In this document: one piece after another, positions 51,140-64,000 of the stretch
Layout: every line of letters starts with the position of its first letter
Position numbering within the stretch: the first letter of the stretch is position 1
Origin: Octopus sinensis
Taxonomy: Eukaryota
Assembly (NCBI RefSeq): GCF_006345805.1
Contig: NC_042998.1
Location: forward strand, 31,806,001 to 31,870,000
DNA length: 64,000 nucleotides
Direction of reading: 5' to 3'
Notes under the pieces: generated by a model
What the model was told of the DNA's origin: nothing
The model's database searches: none
Seen by the model: only the letters and a program-made list of their open reading frames with translations
Position numbers and translations under genes: made by a program

Positions 51140-51350
51140 AAGGCGGTGAGCTACTAGAATCGTTAGCACGCCGGGCAAAATGCTTAGCGGTACATCGTCT
51201 GTCTGTGATCTGAATTCAAATTCCACCGAATTCGACTTTAAGTTTCATCCTTTCGGAGCCGCTAAAGTAAGTACCCCTTATGAAGTGGAGTCGATGTAAT
51301 CGAATTATCACCTCGCTCTAAATTTTTGGCCTGTGCCAAATTTTGAAGCC
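51140..51350 (+). mobile_element. SINE B (tail 2), diverged
   Basis: aaggcggtgagctactagaatcgttagcacgccgggc...ttcatcctttcgg...aagtaagtacc. Confidence 0.8.
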
Positions 51351-51419
51351 ATTATTAGGGGGTGTATATATCGTGTTTTTGACAAGAAGCTCTTGAGGAT
51401 ACCCAACAAGTATGCTTAG

Positions 51420-51815
51420 CTTTGATCTTTCACCTGCTTTAGTCATGAGACTGCGGCCATGCTGGGGCACTACCTTGAAGAATTTTTAGTCCAATGAATC
51501 GACTCTAATGCTTCTGTTTCTATTTTTCTATTTTTATGCCTGATACTTATTCTATCGGTTTGTTGCTGAACCGCTACGTTACAGAGACGTAAATACGCCA
51601 ACACATGTTGTCAAACGGTGTGAGGAACTATGACAGACACGATGACAACACACACATGCATATACACACACATGCATATATACAGCGGAATTATTTCTGT
51701 CTACATCTACCAAATCCACCTACAAGGATTTGTCAGCTCGAGACTGTGATAGAAAGTCTTGCCTAAGGTGTCACACAGTGGTACTCAACTTCCTACTACA
51801 CAACCACACCTCATC
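51420..51815 (-). mobile_element. SINE A variant, diverged
   Basis: gactgcggccatgctggggcactaccttgaag...ctaccaaatccac...aaggtgtcacacagtgg. Confidence 0.75.
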
Positions 51816-52492
51816 CATGTGCTTCAAACACGGGTCTTTATTATTGATATTATAATATTTTATATATTTGAATTGTTTTTGCATTTTTATTTTCTGTTGA
51901 ATTCCTTTTTCTCCATTTTGCTAGACAAAAAAAGTATTTTCTTCCGACATTTTCCAGGAAAATTATGAATTATATTCACTTTCCTCGGTGAAAAACATCT
52001 GAATCGATTAGCATCACGCTCGCATTCTAGGACTACTGTCGCAGTTTATTAATATATTCGATTACTCGGTCTGTCCTGGTAGTTTGCTCTTGTGGATATA
52101 ACTTAATGTCGGACCCTTTTATATATATTTAGTCGTGCTACGGTTTTTCTAGTGTGTAGTTTGTGTTGGAGTTTCTGATGATCCATCTTCAACGCTTCTG
52201 TTAATATGTTCTTTTCTACCATTTTATTTTACTGTTTCAGTAACGCCATCCTCAGTGAGAAAACTTATATAAGTTTTTTTTTTTTTGTTAAATTAATATG
52301 AGTTTGAAGAAATATATTTTTCCGTGGCTAGAGATCGCCATAAATAATTCTATGATCTTCGTCATATTTTAGATAATATTCATTACTTCTGTAATTTTCT
52401 TTGATAGGTTGGTAAATACATACATACATACACACGTACGTACGTACGTACGTACATACATACATACATACATACATACATACATACATACA

Positions 52493-52526
<34 letters not shown>

Positions 52527-52584
52527 CATACGTACATACATACGTACATACATACATGCATGCATACATACATGTACCTAATGC

Positions 52585-52865
52585 ACAAAAGGGATAGAGA
52601 TACGGGAAAAGCCGTAAGATGTGACAACCGATGCAGACTTTGTGGAGTTCTCACTGAAGATATCACCCACATCATAAGCAGTTTCCCGAAAATATTATCA
52701 CGGTATTATTTACCGATGAGACATGACATTGTAGCTAGGACACTCTATAATGACATCCTTCGGAAACATAATCCCGAGGACAAAGAAATAAAAACTCACA
52801 ATTTGCTAGAAGCTAAAGCCACTCACAATGAAAAAGAATACTGGTGGAATGTACAAGTGAAGAAC
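52585..52865 (+). mobile_element. Fragment of an RLE-type non-LTR retrotransposon (R4/Dong-like): zinc knuckle to pre-endonuclease region
   Basis: CRLC....EDITHIISS(F)P....Y..RHDIVA..LY...YWWNV matches the CxxC-H-C knuckle plus RHD motif of R4/NeSL-type ORFs. Sits next to (TACA)n. Confidence 0.75.
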
Positions 52866-53410
52866 TCAATAACAATGCAGTTGGAATTAATTTGTGTAAA
52901 TTCTAACATACATTACATTAAGGCATAGATGAAATAAGTTTAGATTTAACCTCCTCGTTCTAAAAAACATCAAGTAGCTATTTAACTCTCTATGTCAACG
53001 TGTGTATGCACCGAACTACAGGTATGTGTATGGTTACATCTTCGTGGATGCATGTATGAGCGAGTGTACATGTGCCGTGCATATCCGTAAATGGTTATTT
53101 TAAATACTTTACTGGCTGTATTGCGTGTTCATTTCTCTTTTACATATGTTCTTTTATTCTTGATCTTCTTATTTAAATGAAGCTACATATTTTAATCTCT
53201 TCTTTCTCTTCTATGAGAAGATACATTGCAGAACTGTTATTTGAACGAGTGATATATATTTAATACCCGAGGAGACATCTGCACTGTTAGATGCTCCTCG
53301 ATCATTTGTTAAGTATCCCACGCGATTGGCATCGATGCTAGATGGGTCGAAACTATTGTAGTGATTAATTAAAATTCTCACATCTTCCATCTTCCGTACA
53401 CACACACACA

Positions 53411-53448
<38 letters not shown>

Positions 53449-53454
53449 TTATAT

Positions 53455-53699
53455 ACTCTTTTTACTCCTTTATACTTTTATATGTTTCAGTTATTTGACT
53501 GCGATCATGCTGGAGCACCGCATTTAGTAGAACAAATCGACCCCAGGACTTATTCTTTGTAAGCCTAGTACTTATTCAATCGGTCTCTTTTGCCGAACCT
53601 CTAAATTACGGGGACGTGAACACACCAACATCGACTGTCCATCGATGGTGGAAGGGGGGACAAACACTGACACACAAACATATACATACATACATGTAT

Positions 53700-53742
<43 letters not shown>

Positions 53743-53895
53743 TACACACACACGACGGCCTTCTTTCAGTTTCGGTCTACAAAATTCAGTCATAAGGAAT
53801 TTGTCAGCCCGAGGCTATAGTAGAAGACACTTACCCAAAGTGCCACGAAGTGGGACTGAACCCGGAATCACGTCCTTGATAAACAAGATACTTAC
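53455..53895 (-). mobile_element. SINE family A, full length
   Basis: Same organisation as 33544-33952. Confidence 0.88.
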
Positions 53896-53917
53896 TATAG
53901 AGCGAATCCATCTATAC

Positions 53918-53953
<36 letters not shown>

Positions 53954-54072
53954 AATATGTATATCTATATATATATATATACGTATACATACATACATAT
54001 ATATACATATATATATATATGCATACATGCATACATACATACATACACACACATACACACACACACACACAT

Positions 54073-54121
<49 letters not shown>

Positions 54122-54707
54122 ACATGCATATATGGGTACAGGACTTCACTAACGGTGCAAATAACATGAAATACGTACACAACGAGAAAAAAGTGGAATA
54201 CAGGACAAGTAGATACAGAGAAAGACCCTACAGCAGTTGTCGGCTGTCTATCAACTCCTCATATATAATCCCAGCGTAGTTAAGAAATAAATAAAAAATG
54301 CACACATCCATTGCAAATAGAGTTGGACGCAATAGTAGAGTAATTGCTTCTCTGTACGTATATTTTCGCAAGTCGATAGCTTAGGTCTATGGATACGCGA
54401 GTATAGACAAGAATTGACCTAGAATAAGGATAATGCGATCAGATGTATCTTATGAATTACAGCTAAGCTAATAGTATTTAAATTCATATACATTAATTTG
54501 TTCTAATTGTATCGCAAACAGGATTATCTTCCACAAGTACTTCTGATAACTAATTCCACTTTCATTCTAATAAATTAAAAACTATAATAACAATACTTGT
54601 AATGCTTCGTATGAGAAACATTTTGAAAAACATTATTTACAACCTCTTTCACTCATTCTCTCATTCTCTCTCTTTTTTCTTTATACATACATACATAAAT
54701 ACATACA

Positions 54708-54743
<36 letters not shown>

Positions 54744-54770
54744 TATATATTATATATATATATATGACAA

Positions 54771-54855
<85 letters not shown>

Positions 54856-55260
54856 CCTACCTACCTATCTATTTATTTATCTATCTATCTATCTATCTAT
54901 CTATTTATCTATCAATCTGACTATCTATCAATCCATCTATATATATATATATATATATCTGTCTGTCTATCTACTTGACTATCTATACACAGACACACAC
55001 ACACAAGTGTGCGCCTGTTTGAGTATCTCTCTGTACACCTTTGTTTCAATTTGCAGCAATTATCTTCTCCGACAAGTCGAGGTAATGAAATAGACCAGAC
55101 ACTTGAGAGAAAGTGGGCGAACATACAAGAGCGTCAGTGTGTTATCTTTATCAAATTTAGACAACATTCATTGTTATGCATTATTTTTACACCTGATTAC
55201 TTCTCCCTTGTCTCTCTCGCTATCTCTGGTCGTCTGACTGCTTCCCTAAGAAAACACACG

Positions 55261-55302
<42 letters not shown>

Positions 55303-55854
55303 GAGGAGCAAACACACACAGACAGACACATACAAACACAAACATACACACACAAATACGCACACACATAGAGGAGCAAACACACACACGCACACACATA
55401 CAAATACAAATACTCACACACACAAGTACACGAGGAAACACAAACGAGCAAAAGAAACACATACGCACACATGCGCAAACACACACGCACACACGCACAC
55501 ACAGACAGACACACACACACACACACACACATATATCATACTTTATAATTTTTGTGAGATTGTTACATATTTATTTATTTTTTCGACAATTTCAATATTA
55601 ATTCAATGTTCGATTCATCTAACTATAAAACCAAACAGTTCTACGCACTGAATGTATGAAGTGTAAATACGACAAGGAAAATGTCCGAACTGTGGGGTGT
55701 ATAATAGATGACCGTGTTCACTATAGGAGGCCAAAGCATGTTAAATGATTCCAATGAAAAGCCAGGACGAAGTAAGGAAATCAAAATAAACGGATCTCTA
55801 GTTAATAACTAGTTGCCTGCTTCAGTATTAATATTCAGGAGTCAGGTTTGTGTA

Positions 55855-56417
55855 CAGGGTGGACCCAAATGTCGGTTTGCAGTTCTTCTCTTTCGCGTTC
55901 ATATATTAATAGTTTAGATCTTAATTATAAAAAAAAATATGGAACCATTATTCAGCAAGATGGAGCATCTCCACATTATGCGTTGACAGTAAGAGACTAC
56001 CTTAACCAAGCCTTTCCACAGCGTTGGTTTGCAAGACGGGCAGCACGAATGACCACTTGTCCTAACATCAATGGATTTCTTTTTTTCTTGTGGGTGGGGT
56101 TGTTGCAAAGAACAAGGTTTATGAGAAGAATCCCCAAACAGTAAATGAATTAAAAGAATATATTTCTGACGCATTCATTGAATTTGATGGATATCGGAAT
56201 TTGTGCCGCACTGTGTGTTAGAGTGTTCTGAGGAGGTTTAAAGACTGTTGCAATGTTGAAAGAGGACATTTTGAGCATCTGACAAATTAAACATTGTCTG
56301 TTCAAGATGTGCACAAACGATATGATTGTAAGATAGAAATTTAAATGTAATAAAATGCTTTAAAAGAAATTTAAAGTGCCTACACGATAACTATAAACCT
56401 GCTTCTAGTCCACCCTG
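55855..56417 (+). mobile_element. Internally deleted Tc1/mariner (maT/rosa-like) transposon with a transposase pseudogene C-terminus
   Basis: TA|CAGGGTGGAC...GTCCACCCTG|TA. QQDGASPHY, and after frameshifts KNKVYEKNPQTVNELKEYI...GHFEHL. Confidence 0.88.
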
Positions 56418-56454
<37 letters not shown>

Positions 56455-58020
56455 CTGCGTGCTCACGTATGTATACAATGTTAAGATAATGTTGAGATGA
56501 TATTGAGACAAATGCTTAAGCAAAATTTATTAAATGAAATATTTTCCAACAAAAATTTTGAGAAAGGAAACAAAGATCTCAAAGAATTTCACAGTAAAGG
56601 GGAAATAATCAATAATGACTTAAGAAATAACCTCTCAAATAATGATTAATATCAAATTAAGAAATATTATCTTAAAATTGTTTCATTTGCTGTCTGCAGA
56701 AAACAGACAACTATGGAAATATTTAGATTGCATTAACATTGTACTCTTTACTTAAAATCTGATAAGCTGTATGTTGATATAGAAAAATGCTTAAGACTAA
56801 TATTTTACAAGTATATCATTATATATATATAACGATATTATTTTGCTAGTGTATCGTTCTACATATATATAACGATATTATTTTGTTATAGTTATATCAG
56901 CGCACAGTCCCTTTTCCCTACTCCATGACAGCCCCGCACTTAATATTATTAAAAAAATGTCTTGTTTGGCTACCAGATCATTCTTCTCCATGCAGATGTA
57001 TGATCAAATATGTTTCATCCATCACGGTTCTATCTATTTAGACAAATGCCAACAAATACGTCATCTCATGTATTATTTTTTTCCAAAACTTATTTGAGAG
57101 ACATAATTGCGTTTTAATGCTTTTTACTTATAACTTCTTGTCTCATCGTATTTCCCTATTCAACTTTAAATTTCATTTCCTTCTCTTTTCACATCCAAGC
57201 ATTTATACCTTCCGCGTTGTTATCATTATTCTGTTGCTCTTGTTTAGTTCCATGTCAGTACATATTTAGCCGACCGATGATCGATAATGTTCTGTTTCTG
57301 GCTATCCCATTCATATATATCTGTGCAAAACTGTCTTCGTATGTTTTCTAATCGCATGGCAGTTATTACCAAAGAAAAAAAGAGAGGAAAAGTCGAGGCA
57401 TTATTTTACGTCTTGCTTCATCTAATCCATGAACTTAAAAGGAATATAAATCTTTTATATTCAACCTGTTTATTAGCTTTTGTTGTTTGTGAAAATAGAA
57501 CACGCTAAATACGATGTAAGTAAATAAACAGCTTACGGAAGATATAGTAAACTTTTATGTATTTCAAGAAGTGAAGTCTTAAATGAGAGGAGAAAATAAA
57601 GTGTACAAGAAAGTAGTAACACGTATTTACCACTTTATCTAAGGTATCTTTAGTTAAACGAGCAATAATATCTTTCAAGTCAAATTCAATCGTCTGTTAC
57701 AAAAGGAAACATGGTTAGTTGGCTAAACTGTAAAAAAACCCACTAAAAATCATGATAAAAGTGAAGCAACATTCTTATGAGTAAAGTCTAACTTTTCAGT
57801 ATTGAAACGACTGATATTAGAAAAATACCAGTGACAGGGTTTCGATATTTTCCTGTGTAGTCTACTTTCAAGTATTTAATAGAATTAGTTAAATATTATC
57901 TGTATGACACCAATAAATGAAAATGCAATTCACGCCACTATTACTAGTCTAAAATCTGACTGAACGAACAGGCCAGTAATCAACCAGCTATCTAGCTACG
58001 TGGGTACAACACAGTAACCC

Positions 58021-58071
<51 letters not shown>

Positions 58072-58749
58072 GTGCATGTTTCTTTATGTGTTTGCGTGTT
58101 GGGGATGTAATTTATATACATTCCTAAAATTATTTGTCGCATTTTTCTTGCTCTAGATTGAATCCTGAGATCCATTTTTAAAAAAAATCTCAAATGCCAC
58201 CTTCTTCCTTCAAATATTCTGCATCTGAAAAATATACGTCAATCAAACAATATCTTAGCAAATGTCATGATCTGTGCTTTCTAAAGTGGAGGTACGCTTA
58301 CCACAGGAAAAAAAGTTCTGATTCGGGCCGTTTATGACGATCTAGCGAATCGGTTGTTACTGTTCTCTTGGGATATGTTGTCAGCTTTATCTCTTTGCCC
58401 AAGCAAAGGGGTACATACTCAGTAGCTGTCGAAAAGACGTGACCAAATTTATCTATGGTTGCTGTGTCGACTATGTCCTAACGGCCATATCAAGCAATGA
58501 TCTGCGTTGGGATTAGCCATTTCAGGTGCCTCTATTCAACGAAGCACACTATCGCTATAGTTGAGGCTGGTGCGAAGATGACACAAGTTAATACGACTTA
58601 TGGCTTTATTGAATAACATTATTGAAAAGAAGTTTTTATTTTTATCCTCGTAGCATTGTTGATATAATAAAGTTATTACCTGTTATCATATATCTGTTTT
58701 TATAAACACAATTTTGTCCTCAAATATCTTACTCTTCCTGTATATATAC

Positions 58750-58782
<33 letters not shown>

Positions 58783-58981
58783 TGTATGTATGTATGTATG
58801 TATGCATGTATGTATGTATGTATGTATATATAAATATATATATATATATATACCGGAGTAAACACATAAATGTGATACAAGGTGGAAAAAAGAGTACTCA
58901 AATACCAGAGGTAGAGTATTATACTTTATTTATTTATAGCAGTATTGCGATCACCGTGCAACGACTTAGGAAAATTGTCTA

Positions 58982-59040
58982 ATATAAGCCCTCGAGAGAT
59001 GAAAATAGGTTACCTACTTCTTTCTGTCGAGGGCTTATAT
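58982..59040. other. 59-nt hairpin (14 perfect bp plus 10/14 further pairs, 3-nt loop)
   Basis: ATATAAGCCCTCGA...TCGAGGGCTTATAT. Confidence 0.7.
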
Positions 59041-59199
59041 GCCCCATCATTTGACAATTATCTCTAGTCATTGCGCCGTGATCGTTCTGAGCTTTAATCT
59101 TATAAAATACTATAACTATTATTTAATTGTAAAAATCGGCACTGCTTCACAAAAACTATTTGCAGTAAAAACATATGTATATATACATATATCGCCTGC

Positions 59200-59385
59200 C
59201 ACTACACATTCTTTATTTTCTCTCCTTGTTTCTATCTGTGCTCCTTTCTGTGTAGGCTCGAAACGTTAAAGACTTTTGCAGTTCCCGAGCATTATAATAA
59301 TACATCTGTTTGTTGTCTACACCACCTGTCTTCGACTTTTGGTTTTTTTGTGAATTCCCCCTATATATATGGTGTGTGTATGTGT
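59200..59385 (+). mobile_element. Second copy of the 15885-16060 element; hammerhead remnant lacking the 5' side of helix II (59244-59271)
   Basis: CTTT-CTGTG-TAGGCTC-GAAAC-GTT-AAAG; shared flanks ccactacac...ctctccttgtttc and aatacatctgtttgtt. Confidence 0.65.
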
Positions 59386-59663
59386 GTGTGAAATTTAAGA
59401 AGAAAAATGCACACTTTTCATAGTTTTAATATAATTTTTTATATATCTTATATTGTGTTTGTCCACCGGTTTCGCTTTTGCTAATTATAACATAAAAATT
59501 TATTTAAATACGTATTTTCTTCACAAAATTTTTTTTTCCATGTTGTATGTGGAGTTTATAAATAAATGATTCAAGAAATAGAAAAGCTACGAAGAGGTAA
59601 TTGATTATCGTTATTGTTAGGGGCAGGGGAGATAAGTGTTCATCTTTCAGTGAGGGTGGGGGA

Positions 59664-59694
<31 letters not shown>

Positions 59695-59898
59695 CACAAA
59701 AGGTCCCAAAAATTTCCTAAGAAAATACGTATCTAAGTAAATTTTAATGTCATGTTTAGCGAAAATGAAACCGATTGCTAAACACAAAGGAAGATATATT
59801 AAAAATTATATTAAAACAATATAAAATGTGTGCATTTTCTTTCTTTAATCCCTTACATATATTAGAACTTAACACTTGGGGATAATCGAATTTCCTCC

Positions 59899-59934
<36 letters not shown>

Positions 59935-60819
59935 AATGGGAATATACGAAATTAAATGTGCATTGAAACTGAATAACTTCGAATTTTGTAAAACTCAGTT
60001 ATTTATTGAAGTTTAACATACACATGTTGATATATTGTACTTTATAAGAAAATGGTGCGTATTTTGCTTATTCGATTGTGAAATTCATCTGTATTGGAAT
60101 GTAATCAATCGGTAATATCATCTTTTAATCGAACGCAGTTCCGAAAGCTTGTTCTCTTCTACCATACGGCTCCAACGATAGTAAGAAATATTTGATACCT
60201 CATCATGCTTAACAGTAATTAATGGGGGAAGTAAATTTAATGAGAAATGATATAATATGATTCTATGGTAATAATATAAAGCGGAGGTATTTGTAATTGT
60301 AAGAGTCAACTTTTAAACCTTTGTTTCAATGTTGTTAATGGATTCCAAGTAACCTGTAACATTATGACAACGTTGATGGTTTATAGCCTCGTGGAATTAA
60401 TTACTGTTCGTATTCATTACAAATTGGCTTCGAAAATGTTGGGGCTTCTTATAATGGCTTTTAGAATTTTATGATATTTTCTTCTTTTCGCTTTCAAGAA
60501 TGTTTGATTTGTCGTATTTTTGCAATGCGGCTAATTACTAAGAAAAAAGTAATATGAAAAATTCATAGTCTTTACGTTCTTTAAGTACTATTTACGTTGT
60601 CAAAATAACCGAGGGAAAACAAAATACACAGCTACCTATGATTCCTGAATTTATATATTTTGTGTCTATGTGTACAGGGCAAAATATTTTCTCCATGATT
60701 CAAGAGACGTAGCTCTCAGAAATCAAGATTAGAACACCTGATGACATTTTATGCAATAGAACTCCAAAACAGGACGTGGAAGAGTCTTTTATCACATTAT
60801 GCAGGATATGGCCACCATC

Positions 60820-61052
60820 TCTTTCTTTATTACCCACAAGGGACTAAACACAGAGGGGACAAATAAGGACAGACAAACAGATTAAGTTTATTACATCGAC
60901 CACAGTGCGTAACTGGTACTTAATTTATCGACCCCGAAAGGATGAAAGGCAAAATCGACCTCGGCGGAATTTGAACTCAGGACGTAACGGCAGACGAAAT
61001 ACGGCTACGCATTTCGCCCGGCGTGCTAACGATTCTGCCAGCTCGCCGCCTT
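60820..61052 (-). mobile_element. SINE B (head-core-tail1)
   Basis: Highly similar to the head half of 36649-37040. Confidence 0.9.
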
Positions 61053-61056
61053 ATTA

Positions 61057-61161
61057 AAGCAAAGTCGAACTCAGCGGAATTTGAACTCAGAACGCTCATA
61101 CGGACGAAATACCGCTAAGCATTTCTTCCCGGCACGCTAACGATTCGGCCAGCGCGCAGCC
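61057..61161 (-). mobile_element. Adjacent SINE B head, truncated
   Basis: gcaaagtcgaactcagcggaatttgaactcagaac...gctaacgattcggccagc. Confidence 0.8.
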
Positions 61162-63199
61162 TGGAATATGGTCACTATCGGTTTCAACAAATATTAGCGA
61201 TTTTTAAATTTAAATGTATTTCGAGGAAAAGCACCGGTTGGTATATTGCTTATATATTTGTAGAGAAATAAGCATTAAGAATATTACTCCTATATTTATT
61301 AGAAGAATTATTATCAACAGATTACAAATTTTTAGAAATATTTTAACACATCAACACATCACTAATTGTATTCTCTCGAAAGATTAACACAAATCTGTAT
61401 TCATTTGTGAAATAAGATATTTTTATGTTTTAAGAAATTGATACTGAGCGAAAGAGGCAAAGTATTGTCGTTTAAATATTTAAAAATTATTTGTAAACGA
61501 ATATTATATGTCAAATAGGAACCATTACATTATTTGTGGAATTATGTATGCAGAAGGCAACACTGAAGACATTAAGAATACCTGATGCATTAGAGCGACG
61601 ATTATCAAATATTATATGTTTTGACATGTATTACGTAGCCTCAATCGTATATTACGTAACCTAAAATCATATTTCAGTGATTAAAACATTTATTTGTATA
61701 GACAAATATTCAAAATGTATTTGAGATTCTGAAAATACATATTCATAAAGAGATAATAACGACATTTACCATTAAATATTCAAAGATATTGAAAATGTGA
61801 AAGAAGATACAAAGAAATGCGTGGCATGTAATCCTTCTTAAACAATTCTAATGTGGGATCTGTATCATATTATCGAAAATGAATATAGTCTAATAACTAT
61901 ACGCATCTTTCGCAGTTCATCTACTTCAAAGCGTTAAGTTCAATATTGCTGATAAAGTAATATATAAAGCGAAGCTGTAACGGAATATCTTTGTGTAATG
62001 TATGTAAAATCATGCATATAGATGCACATAAATTGAGTTTGTCGTATATTCATTGAAGAATAATTTGCAAATCCTTCAAAGAATCTGAAGCATTACAGGT
62101 GAAATGTCCTTTGAAGCATTGAGTTATTACTAAACGGACGTGATTATAATGTCTCTATTATTTGTTTATATTTTAAGTATTTTATCGACGTTGAAAATGA
62201 GATTTCTAAATATTTAATTTGACCCTTAGTTTTCTGAGTGTTCTTAACAATAATTGTAATTAATTTAATAGACATGTATGTAAATACAGTTACTTAATAT
62301 ATATACAAATAAAGAGGTAACCTTATGACATTTTGCTTGTGTAATTTCGTAAAAGGATATGTATCTATCTATCAATAATTTTTATTTAGAGGAAATTACG
62401 CTTTGTTCTCTAAGTGTTACCATCCAGCTCCTATACGCTATAGATTTTATGCCAATATCTAATCCTGTGAAAATGTTCGAAACTCTCTGTACTCCGTTTG
62501 CGATTGTAATACTTGATTGTATAATAAAACTGTTGATACGTTGAAAGTAATAACTCACCAATTTACACAAGAGAGATTGAACAAAGAAATGTTTACAAGA
62601 TATAAAATAAACGAAACAAGTCATCCTAATCACGGGAATTTATATATCATGATCCGTTCTGCATTGCATTATTATGACGATTCACTCGCTCATTCAATTA
62701 TTTGTACAAGGATTGTGACTATATTGCCTGTTTAGCCCAAATTTTATATTTAGATACGTATAAACAATAACCAATTCAATAATTGTATCATCATAATACT
62801 TATTCCGTTCGATAATTTGATAATAATTGAATAATAGAAATTGAATTGCACACAAATTCATTTGTTTGAATTGCGTGATTATTTAGAGTGTAGTTATATC
62901 AACTGTGGAGAAGGAATTGAATAACTGTTATGCAGGATTGATTTAAAAACGAAACATTGTATAATATATATGGAGCATAACAGGAAGTAACAGTGATTAT
63001 TTCTTCAGATGTAAATAATTCCAAATATAACAATTCATAGGAACGTTGCTGCTCATCCAGTATTATAACTGCGAACAGAAGTACAATGCCTATCCTGCTA
63101 CACAAATCCTTTCACTACCTGCACCATTTTCGCTACCGTTGGGGCACTAACGTTGTTGAAGCTTCTCGAATAATTCGCCTTGAAAAGTGTTATTCAAAA

Positions 63200-63219
63200 T
63201 TAACAAGAACAAGAACAAG

Positions 63220-63282
<63 letters not shown>

Positions 63283-63291
63283 AATAATAAT
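63200..63291. repeat. (AAG/AAC)n-(AAT)n trinucleotide array
   Basis: Direct reading. Confidence 0.97.
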
Positions 63292-63818
63292 AGTACCAGG
63301 CACTGGCTCTCATGGCTTCTGATCTTAACCGATTGGAAGTGTTATCATATACATTGTTTTGTCTTGGTATAAAAGATGGGCTACGGCAAATATTCTGCTC
63401 AATACCACAAATTTACTTGTCAGTTGTTTGACATTAACCAGTTGACCATGTCCCTTAGTGGCTGACGATATGTGCAGCAGTAGTGGGGGAGCATCATAGC
63501 CATATGTCGAGAGGGATTCTTTCAGGTTTGAATGACTCACCTCTGGAATCATGGGTGTTTCGTTCAACATCCTTGCGCAATCCTTATTCAAGGACCTTTT
63601 GAGCAAGATGGGTTCCTCGACCAGAAGAAAATTCTAACTGGGTCCCACCTGCAAGGTCATGTGCTGTTTATCTTGATATGAGATCTCCATGTCGCGCACA
63701 TATAGTTGTGATGCATGTGACTAGTATACCCTTATCAGACGGGTAGTCACGATGGGTATACTGGGCTTTGTATATTTTACCCCAGTGTCACTTTGATGGC
63801 ATGCACTGCTCTCTCACA
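63292..63818. mobile_element. Unclassified non-coding element of about 520 bp embedded in (AAC)n/(AAT)n; possibly a non-autonomous R4/Dong-type derivative
   Basis: GC-balanced block with sharp edges between two trinucleotide arrays; no convincing ORF; orientation unresolved. Confidence 0.45.
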
Positions 63819-64000
63819 CAACAACAAAACAACAACAATAATAGTAATAATAATACGGCACCAATCATTTTGGAAGTTGAACGTAGAATGTGGCAAGAGT
63901 TATGGATGCTCCGTACCGCCGAACTTTTGAACCATACTCTCTTCTCTTTCAGCACTTCCATCAGCCTTAACATGCATGCAACGGCAGTAATTAAACAATG

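Noticed and set aside
58474-58530. gtcctaacggccatatca resembling the 5S rRNA 5' end
   Set aside because: The similarity stops after about 15 nt; no internal A/C boxes.
62359-63105. Short ORFs in the AT-rich block
   Set aside because: No recognisable domain; lengths are compatible with chance.
63717-63770. HDV-like ribozyme
   Set aside because: No P4/J4-2 segment with a catalytic C and no matching L3 on either strand.

Overview
AT-rich eukaryotic, largely non-coding DNA packed with (TA)n, (CA)n, (TACA)n, (TATC)n and (AAC)n microsatellites and tRNA-headed SINEs. The repeat landscape most resembles an octopus (coleoid cephalopod) genome; this is an inference, not a database match. No complete protein-coding gene can be supported, and most ORF-track entries are microsatellite translations. 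Recognisable elements are: more than 25 SINE copies in several modular families; LINE fragments (RTE with a 10-bp TSD, two CR1/L2-group 3' ends, a Tx1/L1-type relic, an R4/Dong-type RLE fragment); a non-autonomous Helitron; an internally deleted Tc1/mariner element; Merlin-like MITEs carrying TAACCC repeats; and a possible Crypton-like palindromic element. The most striking signal is a set of about ten type I hammerhead-ribozyme-like motifs in several unrelated short (TA)n-embedded elements that look Penelope-like. Two of these are inverted-repeat units with one outward-facing hammerhead per arm (9827-10255, arms 208/209 identical; and 42105-42530). A few splice-signal-flanked segments on the minus strand could be exons of a long-intron gene, but this is weakly supported.
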